A stretch of DNA of 64,000 nucleotides, taken from Candidatus Sericytochromatia bacterium (GTDB taxonomy: Bacteria > Cyanobacteriota > Sericytochromatia > S15B-MN24 > UBA4093). Shown here piece by piece: positions 39,372 to 50,043 of the stretch (its first letter is position 1; the number at the start of each line of letters is the position of its first letter). The translations under genes and the position numbers were made by a program. Where the stretch lies: assembly GCA_036676985.1 (NCBI GenBank), contig JAKFBU010000077.1, positions 32,001 through 96,000 of the forward strand, read 5' to 3'. The notes under the pieces are model-generated. The model worked only from the letters and a program-made list of their open reading frames with translations. It was not told where the DNA came from and searched no databases.

Positions 39372-39848
39372 ATGAAGACGTCCCTCAAGTCTTATGCCAT
39401 GACGACCCTGGCGATCGCCGCGCTGCTCTCGGTCGGCGCCGTGGCGCCCCAGGCCGCCGATGCTGCCCCGGTCAGCCTGAAGGGCAAGCCCCCCGCCAAG
39501 TTCGTGAAGGTGAGCGATGCCCTCAAGAATCCGGGCATGGCCTTCGTGTCCGGCCTGGGGACCCTGTACGTCGATCCCGCGACGCTGCCCGCCGGCCCGT
39601 TCCTCGGCTACGACAAGGCCGGAAACTTGGTCAACGTGACCTACATGCTGCCCTCCGACGAGATCGAGAAGAACGTCGCCTGGCCCAACCTCGGCACCTC
39701 GGTGAGCGGCCTGAAGGTGGATCACACGGAAGTTCACGTCTCGGGGGCTCATCCCGGGGTCATGGAGCGCCACATCCACGTGATCAACTGGCTGATCTCC
39801 GACAGCGAAAAGCAGAAGCGGCTGGGCGCCTATCCCCATCTGCACTAG
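39372..39848 (+). CDS. Exported His-containing protein (DUF5602/TTHB210-like)
   Basis: AAGGAG RBS, signal peptide, GLGTLYVDPATLPAGPFL, VDH..GAHPG..HIH; family call from memory. Confidence 0.6.
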   Translation: MKTSLKSYAMTTLAIAALLSVGAVAPQAADAAPVSLKGKPPAKFVKVSDALKNPGMAFVSGLGTLYVDPATLPAGPFLGYDKAGNLVNVTYMLPSDEIEKNVAWPNLGTSVSGLKVDHTEVHVSGAHPGVMERHIHVINWLISDSEKQKRLGAYPHLH

Positions 39849-39914
39849 ATGAGCAGCAGGCCGGGGGGCAGGGCTCCCCGGCCTCGATCGGCCTATGGAA
39901 GGGAACGATTGGAC

Positions 39915-40493
39915 ATGATTGAGTTGAAGGTTCCGGCCCGTGACACGGATGCCCTTTCGGCCATCCGGACGCTGTTGACGGTCATCGGCGAGGATCCGGA
40001 CCGCGAAGGGTTGAGCGACACGCCGGCCCGGATCTTGAAGAGCTGGACCGAGCTGTTCGCGGGCTATCGTCAATCGCCCGATAGCATTCTGTCCACGACG
40101 TTCGACGAGGTGGACGGATACCAGGAGATCGTCCTGCTGCGGGGCATTCCCTTCCATTCCACTTGCGAGCATCACTGGCTCCCCTTCGAGGGCACCGCGC
40201 ACGTGGCCTATCTCCCCAACGGGCGCGTGGTCGGCCTCTCCAAGCTCGCGAGGTTGGTGGACTGCTTCGCGCGCCGCCTTCAGATCCAGGAGCGCCTGAC
40301 CCAGCAGATCGTCGACTCGCTGATGGCTCACCTGGCGGCACGCGGCGCGGCCGTCCTGATCGAGGCGCGTCATTCCTGCATGAGCTGCCGTGGGATCCGG
40401 AAAGAAGGCGCGTCCATGCTGACCGCGGCCTATGCGGGCGAGTTTCACCGGCCCGAGCGCCGGGCGGAGTTCCTCTCGCTCATCAAGGCCTGA
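39915..40493 (+). CDS. folE: GTP cyclohydrolase I
   Basis: [42 protein letters not shown]. Confidence 0.95.
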   Translation: MIELKVPARDTDALSAIRTLLTVIGEDPDREGLSDTPARILKSWTELFAGYRQSPDSILSTTFDEVDGYQEIVLLRGIPFHSTCEHHWLPFEGTAHVAYLPNGRVVGLSKLARLVDCFARRLQIQERLTQQIVDSLMAHLAARGAAVLIEARHSCMSCRGIRKEGASMLTAAYAGEFHRPERRAEFLSLIKA

Positions 40494-40595
40494 GGCCCCC
40501 CCCACGGGCCCTCATGCCGGCTGGGTGGGCTCGAAGGACCATCCGACGCCATTGCGCTGGTATAATCGTGGCGAAGGACGAGATGAGGGGCAGGT

Positions 40596-41243
40596 ATGCT
40601 GGAACGGTTCGGAAGACGGCAACAGGAGCTGCTGAGGCTCATGCTGAAGAACAAGGCGGGCGTGTCCATCGACGAGCTCGCCGCTGGGGCCCGGATCACG
40701 CGTACGGCCGTTCGTCAGCACCTGGCGGCCCTGGAGGCGGACGGCTACGTCTGCAAGGGGGACGAGCGCAAGACGGCGGGACGCCCCGGACAGACGTTCG
40801 TGCTCACCACGCGCGGCACGGACCTGTTTCCCAAGCAGTACAGCTGGTTCTCCGGCTTGATGCTGCAAGCGCTGAGACAGGAGCGCGGCAGCGAGGGCCT
40901 GGCCCAGTGGTTCCGGGAACTGGCCGCGACCATCGCCGTGAGCCTCGCCCCGCGCTTGGCGGGCAAGGATGAGGCGCAACGGCTGGACGAGGTCGCCACC
41001 ATCCTGAACGAGCTGGCCTTCGAGGCCAGCGTCGTGCATCCGACCGATCGGTCCGAGGCGCCGGCCATCGAGGCCTCCAACTGCGTGTATCACGATCTCG
41101 CCGCGGTGTTTCCGGAGATCTGCCAGTTCGATGTGGAGCTGCTGACGCGGCTCACCGGTACCCCGCTGGAGCATCACGAGTGCATGGTGCGCGGCGGGCA
41201 CGTCTGCCGGTTTCGGGCCGGGTCTCCCGACCGCCCCCAATAG
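40596..41243 (+). CDS. HTH transcriptional regulator with Cys-rich C-terminus (SufR-like)
   Basis: ITRTAVRQHLAALE, GRP, FPKQY; NC..H..A....IC..D and C..G...C pattern. Confidence 0.8.
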   Translation: MLERFGRRQQELLRLMLKNKAGVSIDELAAGARITRTAVRQHLAALEADGYVCKGDERKTAGRPGQTFVLTTRGTDLFPKQYSWFSGLMLQALRQERGSEGLAQWFRELAATIAVSLAPRLAGKDEAQRLDEVATILNELAFEASVVHPTDRSEAPAIEASNCVYHDLAAVFPEICQFDVELLTRLTGTPLEHHECMVRGGHVCRFRAGSPDRPQ

Positions 41244-41248
41244 TCCCC

Positions 41249-44221
41249 TCACGGGCTTTCGGTTTCCGCACGGCTTGCGAGCGGCAGGCTGAACCAGAAG
41301 GTGCTGCCGACTCCGAGCCGGCTGCGGACGCCGATGCTGCCGTCGTGGGCGTCCACGATGGCCTTGGAGATGCTGAGTCCGAGCCCCGTTCCGCCCTTGC
41401 GCCGCTTGCCCTGCTCGAGCTGGCTGAAGCGCTTGAAGAGGCGTGGAATGTCCTGCTGGGCGATTCCCTCGCCGGTATCCGCGACCTCGACGATCGAGCA
41501 AGGCCCCTCGACCCGAGCGCTCACCCGGATGAGGCCCCCGGCCGGCGTGAACTTGATGGCGTTGGACAGGAGGTTGGCCATGACTCGCTCGAGCCGATCG
41601 GCGTCCCCCCGGATGGGGGGCAGGTCGCTCGGGACATCCACCTCCAGACGCAGCCCCGCATCCTCGATCTGAGGGCGCATGCTCTCGGTGACGGCCATCA
41701 GATTCTGGGCCAGGTCGACGTCCTCCAGGACCAGGTTGAAGCTGCCGGCCTCGAGCCGCGCGAAGTCCAGGAGATCGTTCACCATGCGTGCCAGGCGCTG
41801 GGTACTCCGCTGGATCTGGGCGACGTACTGGAGCTGCTGGTCGCTCAGGGGGGCGGAGAGCTCGTCCTCGAGGAACTCGGCGTACCCCAGGATCGCCGTC
41901 AGGGGAATCCGCAGGTCGTGGGACATGGAGTTGACGAAGTCGTTCTTGAGCTGATCGAGCTCCTGGAGTTTGGCGTACTGCTCGCGCAGGGTGTCCTCCA
42001 GCCTGCGACGCTCGGTCAGATCCCGGAAGCTCCAGATACGGCCGAATAGCTCTCCTTGCGGGGACACCACCGGGGCCGTGTAGCGATCGAAGACCCGTCC
42101 GTCCGCCAGTTCGAGCTCGTCGCGCGCCGACTGCATGGGGTGCTCGTACATGGCTTCCGCGTGCGCGAGGAAGCCCTGCGGGTCCTTGAGCTGCGTCAGC
42201 ACGTAATCCAGGAGGGCGCGATCGTCGACCTCCTGCACCATGCGGGCCGGGATGTTCCATAGCGCGAGGAAGCGTGAGTTGTAGCCGATGATCGCACGGT
42301 GCTCGTCGACGACGAGGAAGCCGTCGAGAGTCGCCTCTTGCTGGGCCTGGAGCAGGGTCAGCGTGCGCGTTTGCGCTTCTTCGATGCGCTTGCGCTCCGT
42401 GACGTCCTGGACGGTGCCGAACACACACGCGGGCTTCTGCCGGGCGTCAAAGCGGACGTTGCCGTAGGAGTGCAGGTGGCGGATCTCGCCGTCCGCTCGA
42501 ATGATGCGAAAGTCCGCCTGGTACGATCGTCCCTCCCGGATGGCCCGGTCCAGGTGGCCCTTCAGCAAGGCGCGATCGTCCGGATGGATGTGGGCAAAGA
42601 GGGCCTCTCGCGTGCCTGCGAACTGGTCGGGCATGAGGCCGTAGATCCGGTAGGTTTCCTCGCTCCACGTGAGGCGGTCGGCCTCGAAGTCCCACGACCA
42701 GCTGCCCAGGTGCGCGATCCGCTGGGTTTCGGCCAGGCTCGCCTCGAGCTTCTTGCGCTCCGTGACGTCCATCGCCACGCCGATCAAGCAGGCCTCGGGG
42801 CCATGTTCCCCCTGGGCGACGGCATACCAGACCTGGAAGACGCTCGGGCCCAGCGCCACCTCGTCTTGCGTGATCGCGCCGCGCATGGCTCGTTCCAGAC
42901 TCGCGACGAGGGCCGGGAATGCCTGGAAGGCCTCCGGGAAGGACCGTCCGATCCAGCCGCGCTCGGGATCCGCGTAGGGCGCGAGCGATCGCCCCTCGGC
43001 GAACGTCACGATGCCGCCGGGCGAGATGGTCAAGAGGATGACCGGAGCGTTGTCCGCCACCAGCCGGAATCGCCGCTCCGCGGCTTCCAGGGCCTCGTTG
43101 GCCTGCTGCAGCTCGGAAATCGTGTGCTCGACCTGTTCCGCCATGCGGTTAAAGGCCGCGGCGAGCTGTCCGAACTCGTCTTGGAAGCCGTCGTGCACCC
43201 GTTCGACCCAGTTGCCGTGGGAGATGCCGTCGGCGCTGGCCTCGAGCCGCCGCAGGGGTTCGGTGACCTGGCGGCTGACGATCTGGACCGCCAGGCCGAT
43301 CAAGCCCAGCATGAGGAGCGTCAGGAGGGCGATCGCCCGCGCGAGATCGTTGACGGGGGCGAGCGCCTCCGCCTGATCGACTTCGCTCAGCAGCATCCAG
43401 TGGGGCGAGCCTGGCACGGACGGGGCAACCGGAAAGGGAGCGAACGAGCCGACCACGGGCACCCCGCGGTAGTCCTCGTACATGGCCGTTCCCCAGCGGC
43501 CGTCTGCCGCCTCTTGGAAGCCCTTGCTGTCGATCTGGCGGCTCAGGGGCGGATCCGGACCGAAGCGCGACTCGCTGATCATGGTGCCGTCACGGCGGAC
43601 CAGGTACGTCTCCCCGCTGCCCCGGATCCGTCCCTGGTGCAAGAAAGCGTTGAGCTGCGAGAGGTTGATCATGGCGACCAGGGAGCCCAGCGACCTCCCC
43701 TGGTTCGTGACGGGCATGCCGTAGTAGTAGACGGGCAGGGCCGGATTGTCGGGATCCTTCCGGGCATCCGAGACGGTGGGCCCCTTCAAGGAGGCCTGGA
43801 CGAACGGCTGATCCACGGGGGGACCTCCCCCGCCGCCGCCCGCGCTCGAGACCAGTCGCCCGTGGCGATCGAAGATGCCGAGCCACACGAAGTCCGGATA
43901 CTGCTTCTGGACCGCGACGAGGGCTTCTTGCCGAGATTGCGGATCGAGCCGCCCCGCCGCTGCGAGGCTCAACAGCGCCATCACGTCCTGCTGCTGCTCG
44001 AGAAGGCGCTTCGCCTCGATCAAGGAGAAGTTGCGCAGTGCGGTGACCTCTTCGGTGATGGTCAGGCGAAGCGCCCGGCTGGTCAAGGTCATGGCGATGG
44101 CCGAGTAGAGGAGCAGCGGCAAGACGGCGACGAGCAGCATCCAACCGGCGAGCTTCACGGAGAAGGAACTCCGGCGCCGCGTCCCGTTGGTGGCCTGCGT
44201 CGTCTTGCTCGGCTCGTCCAT
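41249..44221 (-). CDS. Membrane sensor histidine kinase (Cache-HAMP-PAS x3-HisKA-HATPase)
   Basis: Two TM, DEFGQLAAAFNRM, PAS motifs, SHDLRIPL, NLLSNAIKF, GTGLGL. Confidence 0.93.
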   Translation of the reverse strand: MDEPSKTTQATNGTRRRSSFSVKLAGWMLLVAVLPLLLYSAIAMTLTSRALRLTITEEVTALRNFSLIEAKRLLEQQQDVMALLSLAAAGRLDPQSRQEALVAVQKQYPDFVWLGIFDRHGRLVSSAGGGGGGPPVDQPFVQASLKGPTVSDARKDPDNPALPVYYYGMPVTNQGRSLGSLVAMINLSQLNAFLHQGRIRGSGETYLVRRDGTMISESRFGPDPPLSRQIDSKGFQEAADGRWGTAMYEDYRGVPVVGSFAPFPVAPSVPGSPHWMLLSEVDQAEALAPVNDLARAIALLTLLMLGLIGLAVQIVSRQVTEPLRRLEASADGISHGNWVERVHDGFQDEFGQLAAAFNRMAEQVEHTISELQQANEALEAAERRFRLVADNAPVILLTISPGGIVTFAEGRSLAPYADPERGWIGRSFPEAFQAFPALVASLERAMRGAITQDEVALGPSVFQVWYAVAQGEHGPEACLIGVAMDVTERKKLEASLAETQRIAHLGSWSWDFEADRLTWSEETYRIYGLMPDQFAGTREALFAHIHPDDRALLKGHLDRAIREGRSYQADFRIIRADGEIRHLHSYGNVRFDARQKPACVFGTVQDVTERKRIEEAQTRTLTLLQAQQEATLDGFLVVDEHRAIIGYNSRFLALWNIPARMVQEVDDRALLDYVLTQLKDPQGFLAHAEAMYEHPMQSARDELELADGRVFDRYTAPVVSPQGELFGRIWSFRDLTERRRLEDTLREQYAKLQELDQLKNDFVNSMSHDLRIPLTAILGYAEFLEDELSAPLSDQQLQYVAQIQRSTQRLARMVNDLLDFARLEAGSFNLVLEDVDLAQNLMAVTESMRPQIEDAGLRLEVDVPSDLPPIRGDADRLERVMANLLSNAIKFTPAGGLIRVSARVEGPCSIVEVADTGEGIAQQDIPRLFKRFSQLEQGKRRKGGTGLGLSISKAIVDAHDGSIGVRSRLGVGSTFWFSLPLASRAETESP

Positions 44222-44393
44222 TGCTCGCCTTCCTCGAGCCTCCGCCGGGGAGCGCGAACGCTGCCTGCGGAGGTTCGCTGCCTCGACGAAGTGGGGTCAT
44301 CCGGTCATATTAGCAGCCCGGGGGGCCAGTACAACCAACACTCGCTCGGGGGCGATCCCGGAGGATCGCCCCCGAGCGTTCTTCAGGCCGTGG

Positions 44394-46349
44394 CTAGGAG
44401 CGTCCCAGGTGGAAGGGGACGTCGATCACGGCCGTGTTGGGGCGAAAGAACAAGGCGACCTTGAGCTTGAGCGCGTCTTGGTTGTGCAGCAGGTATTCCC
44501 ACCAGCGGTGCAGGACCAGCTCGGACAGGATGACGGTGGTGAGGGCATGGCGCGTCGCCGAGGTCTGCGCGTCCAGGAAGGTGAGCAGGGGAGAGACCAG
44601 CGATCGGTACGGAGACTCGAGGATGACGAGCGGGATGGCCGGGTCGAGCGCGTCCCACTCTTGCTTCAGGCGCTGGGCGGACGCGAGGTCGTCGGTCACG
44701 TGCAGCGCGGTCACGTCCCCCGAGAGGGAGCGCGCGAAGCGCAGGTTCCGGATGGCCGACTGGTTGAGGCTCGAGATCAAGACGAAGGTCTTGCCGGGAG
44801 CGCTCGGATCCAGCGTGAGTCCATCCCGGTGAGCGAGGGAAAGCTGCCGGCCCACACGCGCATAGTGCCGCTGGATGCCCTTGAGGGTGCAGACGAGGAT
44901 CGGCAGCAGCAGGACGACGATCCATGCGCCGTGCACGAACTTCGTCGCGGCGATGACCAGGGCGACCACGGCCGTGGTCGCGGCCCCCACGCCGTTGATG
45001 GCGAGCCCCTGGCGCCAGCCCGGCTCGCGGCGCGTCCACCAGCGCTTGACCATGCTCGCCTGCGAGAAGGTGAACGAGACGAAGACGCCCACCGCGTAGA
45101 GGGGGACGAGCAGGTGGACGTTGCCGTGCACCAGGACGATCAGGAGCCCCGCGAGGAAGCCCAGGGCCTGGATGCCGGTCGAGAGGGCGAGGCGATCGCC
45201 CCGGAAGACGAACTGCCGCGGCATGATCCCGTCCTTGGCCATGAAGTAGGCGAGGCGCGGGAAGTCCGCGTAGGCCGTGTTGGCCGCGAGGATCAGGATC
45301 AAGGCGGTGCTCGCCTGGATCAGGTAGTAGAAGGGCCCATGGCCGAACACCGCCCGGGCGATCTGGGATACGACCGTCTCCCCGTGATGGGGCAGGATGC
45401 CGTAGTGATGGGCGAACAGGCTGATGCCGATGAACAGGGAGCCGAGGACGAGGGCCATCGCCACGAGCGTCGTGACGGCATTCTTGGCCTGCGGGGCCTT
45501 GAACAGGGCGATGCTGTCCGAGATGGCCTCGGTCCCGGACATGGCCGTGCAGCCCGAGGCGAAGGCCCGCAGCACGAGCAGCAGGGTCAGGCTTTCGGTC
45601 ACCTGGGGCGAGAGGCCGGCGACGCTCTCCACGGGCGGCAACCCGACCATCCAGCGCCAGGCACCCACGCCGAACATGACGAGGAGACTCGCGACGAAGG
45701 CGTAGGCGGGCACGGTGAAGAGGGCGGCGGAGTCGCGGACGCCCCGGAGGTTTGCGATCGTCAGGAAGGCGACGGCCAGGAGGGCCAGCTCGACGGTGTG
45801 CGGGCGGAGCGCCGGGAAGGCCGAGGTGACGGCGGCGATGCCCGCCGTGACGCTGACGGCCACCGTCAGGACGTAGTCGATCATCAGGGCGGAGCCGGCG
45901 GCCATGGCGGCGCTCTGGCCGAAGTTGTCCTTGGTGACGACGTAGGTGCCCCCGCCCAGCGGATACTTGAGGATCGTCTGCCGGTAGGAATAGACCACGA
46001 TGGCCAGGAGGGCGATGATGGCGAGCGTGATGGGGACGGTCAGGTTGACGGCCGCGCTGCCGGCGACGACCAGGACGAGCAGGATCTCCTCGCTGGCATA
46101 GGCGGTCGACGAGATGGCATCCGAAGACAGGACTGCCAAGGCCTTGCGCTTGGTCAGGCGCTCATGGTCGGCCTGGGTGTTGGAGATGGGTCGGCCGATG
46201 AGCGTCTGCTTCAGCTTGGCCACCACGCCCGGCAGGCCTCGCTGCGGTCGGCTCGCTCGCTCGCTCGCGACGAGGTGTCCGTCGAGCTCCCCGGCCTCGA
46301 GCAGAGGCCCCGTCGTTTTGCCCGTTGTCCTGAGGTAATCGGTCGCCAT
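44394..46349 (-). CDS. APC family permease, KimA/YdaO-like K+ transporter
   Basis: SSDAISSTAYASEEI, GGGTY, DYVLTVAVS, NLRGVRDS, PLYAVGVF, ESPYRS, LHNQ. Confidence 0.9.
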   Translation of the reverse strand: MATDYLRTTGKTTGPLLEAGELDGHLVASERASRPQRGLPGVVAKLKQTLIGRPISNTQADHERLTKRKALAVLSSDAISSTAYASEEILLVLVVAGSAAVNLTVPITLAIIALLAIVVYSYRQTILKYPLGGGTYVVTKDNFGQSAAMAAGSALMIDYVLTVAVSVTAGIAAVTSAFPALRPHTVELALLAVAFLTIANLRGVRDSAALFTVPAYAFVASLLVMFGVGAWRWMVGLPPVESVAGLSPQVTESLTLLLVLRAFASGCTAMSGTEAISDSIALFKAPQAKNAVTTLVAMALVLGSLFIGISLFAHHYGILPHHGETVVSQIARAVFGHGPFYYLIQASTALILILAANTAYADFPRLAYFMAKDGIMPRQFVFRGDRLALSTGIQALGFLAGLLIVLVHGNVHLLVPLYAVGVFVSFTFSQASMVKRWWTRREPGWRQGLAINGVGAATTAVVALVIAATKFVHGAWIVVLLLPILVCTLKGIQRHYARVGRQLSLAHRDGLTLDPSAPGKTFVLISSLNQSAIRNLRFARSLSGDVTALHVTDDLASAQRLKQEWDALDPAIPLVILESPYRSLVSPLLTFLDAQTSATRHALTTVILSELVLHRWWEYLLHNQDALKLKVALFFRPNTAVIDVPFHLGRS

Positions 46350-46519
46350 TCCGGTTGAGCCTGATCCCTTTCGTGTCGCCCCGGAGCCCGCCGCGTCCAA
46401 GGGCGGGACCAGGGTACCTCGACCGTACGGGATGGCCGTTAACGGAAGGTCATGCGGTGATGATCCTCATGTTGTGAGGCTCCCCGGCCCTCGACCGGGT
46501 GGGGAGGGCGACCGGGCCG

Positions 46520-48241
46520 CTACCGATTCCAGGCGGCGGGGATGGTGAACCAGAAACGGCTGCCCTTGCCCGGCTCGCTCTCGACCCCGATGGATCCGCC
46601 GTGGGCCTCCACGAGCGCCTTGCTGATGCTCAGCCCCAGGCCAGTCCCTTTCTTGCGCTTGCCCGCCTCGAGCTGCGAGAAGCGCTGGAAGAGCTTGGGA
46701 AGGTCCTCGGGCGCGATGCCCTCGCCGTTGTCTTCCACCTCCACGCGGACCGCGTGCGCGTCCGCGCGGACGCGCACGGTGATGGCGCCCCCCTCCGGCG
46801 TGAACTTGAGGGCGTTGCTGAGCAAGTTGGCCATCACCTGGCTGAGGCGCTGGGCATCCGCTCGCATGATCAGGGGTTGATCCGGCAGCTCCAGGCGCAG
46901 GTCCACATGCGCCTCCCGGGCTTGTGGGAGGAAGCTGTCCGCGAGCTCGCGGATCCGGGGGGTCATGTCGACCTGCTCGAGCTTCAGCTCGAACGTGCCC
47001 GCCTCCATGCGGGCGAAGTCCAGGAGGTCGTCCACCAGGCGCTGCAAGCGCTGGGTGCTGTCCTGGATCTGGTGCACGAATTGCGCCTGGGTGGGGGTCA
47101 GCTGCCCGCCGATGTGGTCCTCCAGGAATTCGGCGTAGCCCATGATGGTGGTCAACGGGGTCCGCAGCTCGTGCGAGACGGCGTTGACGAAGCTGCTCTT
47201 CAGCCGATCGAGCTCCTTGGCATGTTCCAGCTCCACGGTGCGCTGGACGACCTCCTCCTCGGCCCGCTTGCGCTCGAGCTCCGCCTCCAGGCGCTTGGCG
47301 ACCACCTTGAGCAGCATGTGGGCGTAATCCAGGTTCTCGAGGGGCCGGGAGTGCATCACGGCGATCAGGCCCATGGGGGTGCCCGACGAGTCGAAGAGCG
47401 GCATGCCGGCATAGCTCTCGAGGCCCAGCGGCTCGAGGAACGGGTCCTCCGGGAATTGCCTGGCGAGCTCCTGCGGGAAGGCGCTAAACTGCTTGCCGAA
47501 CACCCGCTGGCAGGGCGTCCCCTGGAGGGGATAGGCGAAGCCCTCGACGACCTCCCCGCGCTGCAGCAGCACCACCGGGCGCATGGTCATCGGGTCCGCG
47601 GCGGACACCTCGTCGATGAGCACGTAATCGACCTGGAGGGCCTTTGCCAGGTAACGGGAAATCGAGGTGAAGAACGTCCGGCCGGTGGAGGCCGAGAGAC
47701 CTTGCGCCAGCTCGGTCAGGGCGTTCTCGACCCGCTTTTGCTCGGTGATGTCGCGCGAGATCCCGATCAGACCCAGCAGCTCACCGGTCGGCGAGCAGTA
47801 GGGAAACTTGGTGGTCTGGTATACCCGCTCGGTTGGGCCCCTTCCCACGAGGTCCTCGACCGTGTGCGGCGCTCGCGAGTCCAGGACGCTGCGATCGGTC
47901 TCGGTGAAGCGCTGGGCCATCTCGGCCGGGAAGATCTCCGCGTCCGTCCGGCCGAGAATCTCGTCGCTGGGGCGTCCAAAGGCGATCGCGGCCGCGGGGT
48001 TGACGAGCAGGTAGCGCCCCTTGAGATCCTTGATGAAGATGGGCTCCGGAGCGTGCTCGACGATGGCCTCGAGCTTGGCCTCGCTGCCGCGATGGCCGTC
48101 GTGGTGGTCGGCGCCGCTGATAGACTGCCGGATGGCACGCCGGAGGAACTCGGCATCGCTCAGCCCTTGGCGACGCGCGAGGTCCCGGACCTGGGCCAGC
48201 TCAGCCTCACTTAGATGTACGGGGGGGACAGATGAGCTCAC
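46520..48241 (-). CDS. Soluble PAS-GAF histidine kinase with N-terminal RHH-like segment
   Basis: [17 protein letters not shown]; GAF ([12 protein letters not shown]); [23 protein letters not shown]. Confidence 0.92.
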   Translation of the reverse strand: MSSSVPPVHLSEAELAQVRDLARRQGLSDAEFLRRAIRQSISGADHHDGHRGSEAKLEAIVEHAPEPIFIKDLKGRYLLVNPAAAIAFGRPSDEILGRTDAEIFPAEMAQRFTETDRSVLDSRAPHTVEDLVGRGPTERVYQTTKFPYCSPTGELLGLIGISRDITEQKRVENALTELAQGLSASTGRTFFTSISRYLAKALQVDYVLIDEVSAADPMTMRPVVLLQRGEVVEGFAYPLQGTPCQRVFGKQFSAFPQELARQFPEDPFLEPLGLESYAGMPLFDSSGTPMGLIAVMHSRPLENLDYAHMLLKVVAKRLEAELERKRAEEEVVQRTVELEHAKELDRLKSSFVNAVSHELRTPLTTIMGYAEFLEDHIGGQLTPTQAQFVHQIQDSTQRLQRLVDDLLDFARMEAGTFELKLEQVDMTPRIRELADSFLPQAREAHVDLRLELPDQPLIMRADAQRLSQVMANLLSNALKFTPEGGAITVRVRADAHAVRVEVEDNGEGIAPEDLPKLFQRFSQLEAGKRKKGTGLGLSISKALVEAHGGSIGVESEPGKGSRFWFTIPAAWNR

Positions 48242-48437
48242 AACTTCGATCCTCGACAGGGCTCCGATGTCCGAACATTATCCCACCCTCTGTCACGGGG
48301 AACAACGCCGCAGAGGGGCGGGCCGGCTCCCGCCCTTGCTCCGGAACCGTCATCGATGGGCGTCCTGTCTAGACATGCGAAGCCAGCTTGGATGTCAGGA
48401 GGCAGAGCGGGTGCGCTCGACCGAGGCCGGTGGGGGC

Positions 48438-49835
48438 TCACCAGGCACAGGGCCGATAATCCTTCAGGAACAGCCCGTAATAGGGCATTTCAGGTTGCGT
48501 GAGACCTTGAGCGACGGGATGGTAGATGCGCGAGGCCCCATCGATGATGTCGAGCGGCGGAAAGAAGCCACGTTCGCCCTGGCCTCGCTCGCGCTTGGGA
48601 GTCGGGTTCTCGTCGGTGATCCAGCCGGTGTCGACGCTCGTCATGTAGATGTGGTCGCGGGCGTAGTCCTCGCCCGAGGTGCGCGTCATCATGTTGAGGG
48701 CGGCCTTCGCCATGTTGGTGTGGGGATGGTAAACGGTTTTGTGACGGTTGAACTGCCCTTCCATCGCCGAGACGTTGACGATGAAGCGCCGCTCGAACGG
48801 CGATCGCGTCATCAAGGGTTTCAGGCGACTATTCAGCAAAAAGGGCGCGGTCACGTTGATCAACTGCACCTCGAGCATCTCGGGCACGCTGACCTCGTCG
48901 AGCCGGCTCATCCAGCTGTTGCTGGACCGCGTGTCCAGACGCTCCTCGTTGTCCACGAAGCGATCGACGGACATCACGTCCCGCAGCGCGGGCAGTGCCG
49001 CCGAGCCATCCGTCAGCGCCAGCGTCGACGACCGTGGGGCCTCCTGCACGACCAGGCGACGGGCTTCCAAGGGCAGCGACTCCGTCGGGTGCTGCTCCTG
49101 GGCGACCAGTGCCGAGTAGAACCCCGGCGGCCGGCGAACGGTCTGGGCGGCGTTATGGATCAGGATCTCGAGGGACGGTTCGGTGTCCAGCAGGTGGCGC
49201 GCGAAGGTCTCGACGGCCGGGATGTTGCGCAGATCGAGGCCGTAGACATGAACCCGATGCAGCCACTCGGCCGAGTCGGGCTCGGCGTGCAGACGGCTGG
49301 CCGCCGCATAGGGAAACCGGGTCGTCACGATCACCTTGGCCCCGTCGCGCAGCAGGCGTAAGACGGTCTGATGGCCGATCTTCACCCGCCCGCCGGTCAC
49401 CAGCGCCGTTCTCCCCGTCAGGTCGGCGCGCAGGTGCCGCATCTGAAAGTTGAACGCGGCACACGACGGGCAGAGGAGGTGATAGAAGCCGTGGACCTCC
49501 GTGAAGTCCGCCTTGCAGACGTAACAGGTCTCGGGCTGGTTGAGCGTCCGCACGACGGCCGGGGCCGCCGGCAACAGCGGCGTCGTCGCGGGCAGGGCGT
49601 CGCGCTGCAGGCTTACCATGGCGGTGGTCGCCTGCAGGCTCCGGTCCTCGTTCGCCAGTCTTCGCCGCTCGACGTTCCGGTCGTGCCGCTTGCCCTCCTT
49701 GTAGATCTTCGCGATCAGGCCGTTCAGGCGATCGCTGCGGCGCATGGCGCCGCCCGAGTCGGCGATCCGTTGCAGGACGCTGAGACAGACGTCCATCTCG
49801 TCTTGGGAAATATCCAGGGCGGCTCCTCCAGTCAA
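48438..49835 (-). CDS. SDR family oxidoreductase with Zn-finger-like N-terminal region
   Basis: CYVC..HLLCPSC, ALVTGGRVKIG, NAAQT, HTNMAKAALNM, VDTGWI. Confidence 0.87.
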   Translation of the reverse strand: MTGGAALDISQDEMDVCLSVLQRIADSGGAMRRSDRLNGLIAKIYKEGKRHDRNVERRRLANEDRSLQATTAMVSLQRDALPATTPLLPAAPAVVRTLNQPETCYVCKADFTEVHGFYHLLCPSCAAFNFQMRHLRADLTGRTALVTGGRVKIGHQTVLRLLRDGAKVIVTTRFPYAAASRLHAEPDSAEWLHRVHVYGLDLRNIPAVETFARHLLDTEPSLEILIHNAAQTVRRPPGFYSALVAQEQHPTESLPLEARRLVVQEAPRSSTLALTDGSAALPALRDVMSVDRFVDNEERLDTRSSNSWMSRLDEVSVPEMLEVQLINVTAPFLLNSRLKPLMTRSPFERRFIVNVSAMEGQFNRHKTVYHPHTNMAKAALNMMTRTSGEDYARDHIYMTSVDTGWITDENPTPKRERGQGERGFFPPLDIIDGASRIYHPVAQGLTQPEMPYYGLFLKDYRPCAW

Positions 49836-50043
49836 AGGGACGTCGGCACGAAGCCGTCCTCCCGATTGTAGGATATCAGGTGCTCCTCGCGCATGAGGCC
49901 TCCGGGGGCGTGATGCGGGCTGTCACCACCGTCTTGCGGGCGATCTGCCGCTGGCGAAGTTGCCAAACGAAACAGGCAATTGGACTCCCGGCCTGAATTG
50001 ACCGCTATACTGGCGTAGGTCCCCCCTTCCCGTGGAGCGAATC

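Noticed and set aside
46350-46519. c-di-AMP (ydaO) riboswitch upstream of the KimA-like transporter
   Set aside because: The conserved GCCGAATCC / GGGGTGAATC / CCCGTCAGCTAAC elements were not seen on the minus strand.
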